Shown here: in pieces, positions 45,607-50,285 of the stretch
Layout: each line of letters opens with the position of its first letter
Numbering within the stretch: the first letter of the stretch is position 1
Origin: a virus
Lineage: Duplodnaviria > Caudoviricetes
Reading direction: 5' to 3' (one strand)
IMG/VR virus record: IMGVR_UViG_3300011253_000436
Span: 1-50,285 of that record
DNA length: 50,285 bases
The notes under the pieces: model-generated
What the model saw: the letters and a program-made list of their open reading frames with translations, nothing else
Databases searched by the model: none
What the model was told of the DNA's origin: nothing
Program-made: the position numbers and the translations under genes

Positions 45607-47443
45607 ACCAAAAACAAAGTCTGCGTCTAGGCCGCCTTTTGGCTACGCAGCCGACCCAAATAACAAAAATGAATGGGTCCCTCACGAAGCGCTTTTAGAA
45701 TTACTCGAAGAAGCGTTTCTTTTTTTGGACAATGGAAACTCCCTTAGAGAGACTGCCAAGTGGCTATCTGAAGAGGGAGGTAGAAAAATATCTCACCAAG
45801 GGTTATCTACCAAGTGGGCGGAGTCACGCAAAGACGTAGAGACTCCACGAGATAAACAACTGGCTACTAGAAAGAAACCGACTACTAGAGCCGAGAAGAA
45901 ACAAGCCAAACTAACCACATCAGTAGCTGCTAAGAAAAGATCATTAATAGCTGCGGAGAAAAAGCTAAAGAAAGCTAAGGGCATAAAGGAGACTACTCCT
46001 GAGAAGCCCGAAGGGTTGACTGGCACATCTACAGCAATACCACAGAATCAAGATATAATCTTTAAGCCTAACGAAGGCCCACAGACTGATTTCTTGGCTT
46101 CTGTAGAACGAGAAGTGTTGTACGGTGGTTCAGCGGGGGGAGGTAAGTCTTACGGCCTACTAGCCGACCCCATGCGTTACTTCGGTAACAAAGTATTTAA
46201 CGGATTGATTCTTCGTCGTACAAATGATGAACTACGGGAATTAATCTGGAAGACTCAGGAGATATACCCAAGGGCGTATCCCGGAGCCAAATGGCAAGAG
46301 CGTAAGTCTCAATGGGTATTTCCCAGTGGGGCTAAGTTGTGGTTAACCTACCTAGAGCGTGAAGAAGATGTACTTCGTTATCAGGGTCAGGCTTTCTCAT
46401 ATATAGGGTTTGACGAATTAACTCAACACGCTACCCCCTTTGCATGGAACTATATGCGTTCTCGTTTGAGAACAACAGATCCAGACTTGCCTGTCTTCAT
46501 GCGGGCTACCACCAACCCCGGAGGCCCCGGACATGGTTGGGTTAAGCAGATGTTTATCGACCCTGCACCAGCAGGTAAGGCATTCAACGCTAGAGATTTA
46601 GAAACAGGGGAAGAGTTACTTTATCCTGAAAGTCATGCTAAGGCAGGACAACCACTGTTTCAACGACGGTTTATTCCAGCAACACTAAAGGATAATCCGT
46701 ACTTGTACGAAGAAGGTACTTACGAAGCTAACTTGTTATCTTTGCCAGAAGCGCAGAGAAGACAGTTACTTGAAGGTGATTGGGCTATAGCAGACGGAGC
46801 AGCATTCCCAGAGTTTAGACCTCACTTACATACTATTGAACCTTTTGAGATACCGAGCGATTGGAGAAAATTCAGATCGTGTGACTACGGTTACTCAAGC
46901 TACTCAGCAGTACATTGGTTTGCTATAGATCCTTCTTACGAGACTTTGTATGTATACAGAGAGTTATACCTTTCTAAGCATACAGGTAGAGATTTAGCTC
47001 AGGCGGTTATGGTAGAAGAGCAAGATGAATCTGTATCCTACGGGATACTGGATTCTAGTTGTTGGCATAACCGAGGGCAGATAGGCCCCTCAATAGCAGA
47101 AGAGATGATTGCTATGGGGTGTCGATGGAGACCCTCAGATCGTTCCACAGGTTCTAGAGTAGCGGGTAGAAACAGGTTACATGAGCTATTGAAGGTAGAT
47201 GAAACTACCGAGACTGCTGGTATTGTGTTCTTTAACAATTGCAGACAGATCATAGCAGACCTACAAACTATACCTACTTGCCCTAAAGGCTCGGACGACA
47301 TTGATGTACGTTATAAATCAGACCATACTTATGATTCTATTAGGTACGGTATTATGTCAAGGCCAAGATCTGGCTCGCCTTGGGATACAAGAAGTCCCCC
47401 ACCGAACAGGTGGCAACCATCAGATAACACGTTTGGATACTAG
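45587..47443 (+). CDS. terL: Terminase large subunit with an N-terminal HTH-like extension
   Basis: Walker A YGGSAGGGKS, Walker B IGFDEL, TNPGG, RSCDYG nuclease motif, DHTYDSIRY. Confidence 0.93.
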   Translation: MSKWKNKPKTKSASRPPFGYAADPNNKNEWVPHEALLELLEEAFLFLDNGNSLRETAKWLSEEGGRKISHQGLSTKWAESRKDVETPRDKQLATRKKPTTRAEKKQAKLTTSVAAKKRSLIAAEKKLKKAKGIKETTPEKPEGLTGTSTAIPQNQDIIFKPNEGPQTDFLASVEREVLYGGSAGGGKSYGLLADPMRYFGNKVFNGLILRRTNDELRELIWKTQEIYPRAYPGAKWQERKSQWVFPSGAKLWLTYLEREEDVLRYQGQAFSYIGFDELTQHATPFAWNYMRSRLRTTDPDLPVFMRATTNPGGPGHGWVKQMFIDPAPAGKAFNARDLETGEELLYPESHAKAGQPLFQRRFIPATLKDNPYLYEEGTYEANLLSLPEAQRRQLLEGDWAIADGAAFPEFRPHLHTIEPFEIPSDWRKFRSCDYGYSSYSAVHWFAIDPSYETLYVYRELYLSKHTGRDLAQAVMVEEQDESVSYGILDSSCWHNRGQIGPSIAEEMIAMGCRWRPSDRSTGSRVAGRNRLHELLKVDETTETAGIVFFNNCRQIIADLQTIPTCPKGSDDIDVRYKSDHTYDSIRYGIMSRPRSGSPWDTRSPPPNRWQPSDNTFGY

Positions 47444-49651
47444 ATGCCTATAATTGAAAAGCCACAAAGCTCACAAGATTTAGAGATAGACATTGACTCT
47501 ATTACGGACGAACTGTTCGCCCTAGAAAAAGAAGACAATGAAAAGTACGGCAATCTAGAAGGTTGGATTAGAGACCGTTTCAGTGCTGCTTCAGAGAAGC
47601 GTGATAGCGACGAACAGCGTTGGCTACAAGCATATAAGAACTATCGAGGTGTGTACGGTGACGACGTTAAGTTTACCGACGCTGAGAAGTCTCGTGCCTT
47701 CATTAAGATCACCAAGACCAAGGTACTAGCTGCTTACGCTCAGATTGTAGACGTTTTGTTTGCAGGTTCCAAGTTTCCTATTGCAATCAACCCTACAAAG
47801 AATCCTATCAGTGACTCTCCTAGTGCTGTCTATTTCGATCAGACAGAGCTTACTGAAGAAAACATTGCATCTAAAGTACCTAACCCTGCTACCGGCAAGC
47901 CGGAAAAGACTGAGCCTAAAGGGCAAAAGAATAACCGAGCCAGACCTTCTCGTCTTGACGACCTTGGTCCTTACTCTGAATCTTTATCCAGAGTTGGTGA
48001 CGATCTAAATGTAGGCTACGGACAGACCCCCACATCCGCTACTTTTGAGCCTTTAGTTAAAGCTGCTCGAAACATGGAGACTCGTATACACGATCAACTA
48101 GAAGAAAGTGAAGCATCTAAACACCTTCGTAATACTTCTTTTGAAATGTGTTTGTTTGGTACAGGTATTCTTAAAGGTCCTTTTGCCTTTGACAAAGAGT
48201 ACCCACGATGGACAGAAGAAGGGGATTACGATCCTATCTACGAAACCGTACCTCGTGTAGAGTCTGTTTCTATTTGGGATATTTACCCTGACCCTGACGC
48301 ACATAATATGTCTGAGGCAGAGTACGTTATTCAACGTCATCGTATGTCTCGTTCTCAATTACGAGCACTTAAAAAGCGCCCATACTTTATAGACGATGTT
48401 ATCGAAGAGTCTATTCAAATGGGGCCTTCGTACAACTCAGAGTATTGGGAAGACGTACTAGAAGACAACGAAGTTACTAACCAAACTAACCGCTACGAAG
48501 TGCTAGAGTACTGGGGCGTATTAGATTCAGACTTAGCAGAAGAAGCAGGTTTAGATATACCGGCTAAACTAGCAGATAAAGATCAAGTCCATATTAACGC
48601 ATGGGTGTGTAACGGTAAGATACTACGATTAGTTCTTAATCCATTTACACCTTCTCGTATTCCGTATCACGCAGTCCCTTACGAACTAAACCCCTACTCT
48701 TTCTTTGGTATCGGTGTAGCTGAGAATATGGAAGACACCCAGTTACTTATGAATGGCTTCATGCGTATGGCTATTGATAACGCTGCTCTATCATCCAACT
48801 TACTTATTGAAGTAGATGAAACTAATTTGATTCCCGGCCAAGATATGTCTATATATCCGGGTAAGATATTCAGACGACAAGCAGGCGCTCCGGGACAGGC
48901 TATATTTGGCACTAAGTTCCCTAACGTAACTAACGAGTGTATTGCTATGTTTGATAAGACTCGTCAGCTTGCAGATGAATCTACCGGCATACCTTCGTAC
49001 TCTCATGGTATGACTGGTGTTATGGGCGTAGGCCGTACTGCTTCTGGTATGTCTATGCTTATGGGTGCAGCAGCACAGAACATTAAGGCTGTTGTACGAA
49101 ACATAGATGACTATCTATTAGGTCCTTTGGGTAAGAGTTTCTTTGCATTTAATATGCAGTTTAAGTTTGACCCTGACGCTAACGGGGATCTAGATGTAGA
49201 AGCTCTAGGTACAGAATCTTTGATGCGTAATGAGATTCGCTCTCAGAAGTTAATGCAGTTTATGCAGACTGCCCAGAATCCTAATATGGCTCCTTACGTT
49301 AAGTACGATTACGTTCTTCGTGAGATTGCAGCCTCTATGGATTTAGATGAAGATAAGATTCTAAACGACCCTAGGGAAGCAGAGATCCAAGCTAAGATGT
49401 TAGCGGACTATCAGAAGGTACTCATGGAGAATCAACCAGAGAAACCTGAAGCGCCAGAAGGACAGCAAGATCCTGCTGCAATACTAGCGGCTCTTATGGG
49501 TGCTCAAGGTGGTCAAGGTGCTCCTCAAGGAGGCCCACCACCCGTATCTGATCCAACAGGTATAGGCGGCCAAGTACAGCCCGGTGCTGCTCCAGAACCC
49601 GGTGCTGCTGGCTTTTCTGCTAACACTGGTGAAGGACAAGCTCCTCAGTAA
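47444..49651 (+). CDS. Portal protein
   Basis: 735 aa after TerL; FIKITKTKV, GTGILKGP, YPDPDA, FFGIGV and RTASGMSML motifs; P/Q/G-rich tail. Confidence 0.9.
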   Translation: MPIIEKPQSSQDLEIDIDSITDELFALEKEDNEKYGNLEGWIRDRFSAASEKRDSDEQRWLQAYKNYRGVYGDDVKFTDAEKSRAFIKITKTKVLAAYAQIVDVLFAGSKFPIAINPTKNPISDSPSAVYFDQTELTEENIASKVPNPATGKPEKTEPKGQKNNRARPSRLDDLGPYSESLSRVGDDLNVGYGQTPTSATFEPLVKAARNMETRIHDQLEESEASKHLRNTSFEMCLFGTGILKGPFAFDKEYPRWTEEGDYDPIYETVPRVESVSIWDIYPDPDAHNMSEAEYVIQRHRMSRSQLRALKKRPYFIDDVIEESIQMGPSYNSEYWEDVLEDNEVTNQTNRYEVLEYWGVLDSDLAEEAGLDIPAKLADKDQVHINAWVCNGKILRLVLNPFTPSRIPYHAVPYELNPYSFFGIGVAENMEDTQLLMNGFMRMAIDNAALSSNLLIEVDETNLIPGQDMSIYPGKIFRRQAGAPGQAIFGTKFPNVTNECIAMFDKTRQLADESTGIPSYSHGMTGVMGVGRTASGMSMLMGAAAQNIKAVVRNIDDYLLGPLGKSFFAFNMQFKFDPDANGDLDVEALGTESLMRNEIRSQKLMQFMQTAQNPNMAPYVKYDYVLREIAASMDLDEDKILNDPREAEIQAKMLADYQKVLMENQPEKPEAPEGQQDPAAILAALMGAQGGQGAPQGGPPPVSDPTGIGGQVQPGAAPEPGAAGFSANTGEGQAPQ

Positions 49652-49887
49652 TGGATACTAATGTAGCACGTTCAGTCTTACCTTTCGTAAACGATGTCCA
49701 TCACTATGAGGGATTCTTATCTTACGTAGAGTGTAGACTAGACATTCTCCGTAGCTTCTTAGAAAAAGAAAAAGATATAGACAGAATACGAGAGATTCAA
49801 GGTTCTATAGCAGAACTCAAGCGGCTTCGTACATTGAGAGATGAGGTACGGGGAACCTTAGAGAACGAGAGAAAACATGGCAGCTAA
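49651..49887 (+). CDS. Small helical protein downstream of the portal
   Basis: IREIQG.I..LKRL..LRDEV motif; TAATG coupling. Confidence 0.7.
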   Translation: MDTNVARSVLPFVNDVHHYEGFLSYVECRLDILRSFLEKEKDIDRIREIQGSIAELKRLRTLRDEVRGTLENERKHGS

Positions 49888-50068
49888 AAAGAAAGCTAAG
49901 TCTACCGTAAACGCAGCAGGCAACTACACTAAGCCTACGATGCGTAAGACTCTTTTTAATAAGATAAAAGCTAGTACTAAGGGCGGTAAGGCGGGACAGT
50001 GGTCCGCTAGAAAAGCCCAGATGTTAGCTAAACAGTACAAAGCTAAAGGCGGGGGCTACAAGTCGTAA
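49877..50068 (+). CDS. Small Lys-rich protein (DUF5872-like)
   Basis: NYTKPTMRK..KGGKAGQWSARKAQMLAKQYK.KGGGY. Confidence 0.75.
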   Translation: MAAKKKAKSTVNAAGNYTKPTMRKTLFNKIKASTKGGKAGQWSARKAQMLAKQYKAKGGGYKS

Positions 50069-50285
50069 TGGCCTTAAAGAAATCACAAAAGTCTTTAAAG
50101 GATTGGACAGACCAAGATTGGAGTACTAAGTCTGGTAAAAAGTCTTCTGAGACTGGAGAAAGGTATTTACCTAAGTCTGCTATAGATTCCCTTAGTTCGC
50201 AAGAGTATGCAGCTACTACTAAGAAGAAACGAGACGACAGTAAGAAAGGTAAACAACACTCTAAGCAACCTAAAAAGATTGCTAA
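50068..50285 (+). CDS. 5' part of the origin-spanning polyprotein: basic domain MALKKSQKSLKDWTDQDW...TGERYLP...
   Basis: TAATG-coupled ATG at 50068; no stop to the window end; continues through the overlap into ORF 56-2137. Missed by the ORF track. Confidence 0.8.
   Translation, partial: MALKKSQKSLKDWTDQDWSTKSGKKSSETGERYLPKSAIDSLSSQEYAATTKKKRDDSKKGKQHSKQPKKIA
50265..50285. repeat. 21-bp terminal direct repeat, right copy
   Basis: Identical to 1-21. Confidence 0.95.

Noticed and set aside
50265-50285. 21-bp terminal repeat as a biological DTR or att site
   Set aside because: It lies in the middle of an open reading frame and has a k-mer-like length, so it is best explained as circular assembly overlap.

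Overview
The window looks like a complete ~50.26 kb genome of a marine podovirus of the HMO-2011 type, assembled as a circle: bases 1-21 equal 50265-50285. The assignment rests on a family A DNA polymerase carrying two DnaJ-like CxxCxGxG motifs, plus gene order and capsid, portal and terminase motifs. A rightward late arm (about 43.9 kb through the origin to 29.0 kb) encodes an HNH-like nuclease, TerS, TerL, portal, a GG-motif polyprotein, scaffold, capsid, tail, two lysozymes, large acidic internal-virion proteins and a tail fibre. A leftward arm (40.0 to 28.9 kb) encodes primase, helicase, PolA, an SSB-like protein, a Cas4-like exonuclease, endonuclease I and many small ORFs. A compositionally distinct island (40.2-43.7 kb) holds promoter-gene-terminator units. 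I saw no integrase, RNA polymerase, RNR, tRNA or CRISPR array. Best leads: (1) a 777-aa origin-spanning polyprotein in which a basic peptide, a pre-toxin-TG-like segment, a methyltransferase and a DDIPAMLS domain are separated by repeated xxGG(L/Y) motifs; (2) four hairpins with the same CC/NYAC internal loop ahead of the scaffold and capsid genes; (3) a ~65-nt promoter-terminator-bounded RNA complementary to the RBS of two leftward genes; (4) a circularly permuted domain inserted into two tail proteins; (5) a direct-repeat-flanked mini-cassette; (6) an RMF-like protein. All family calls come from motif recognition by eye, with no database search.
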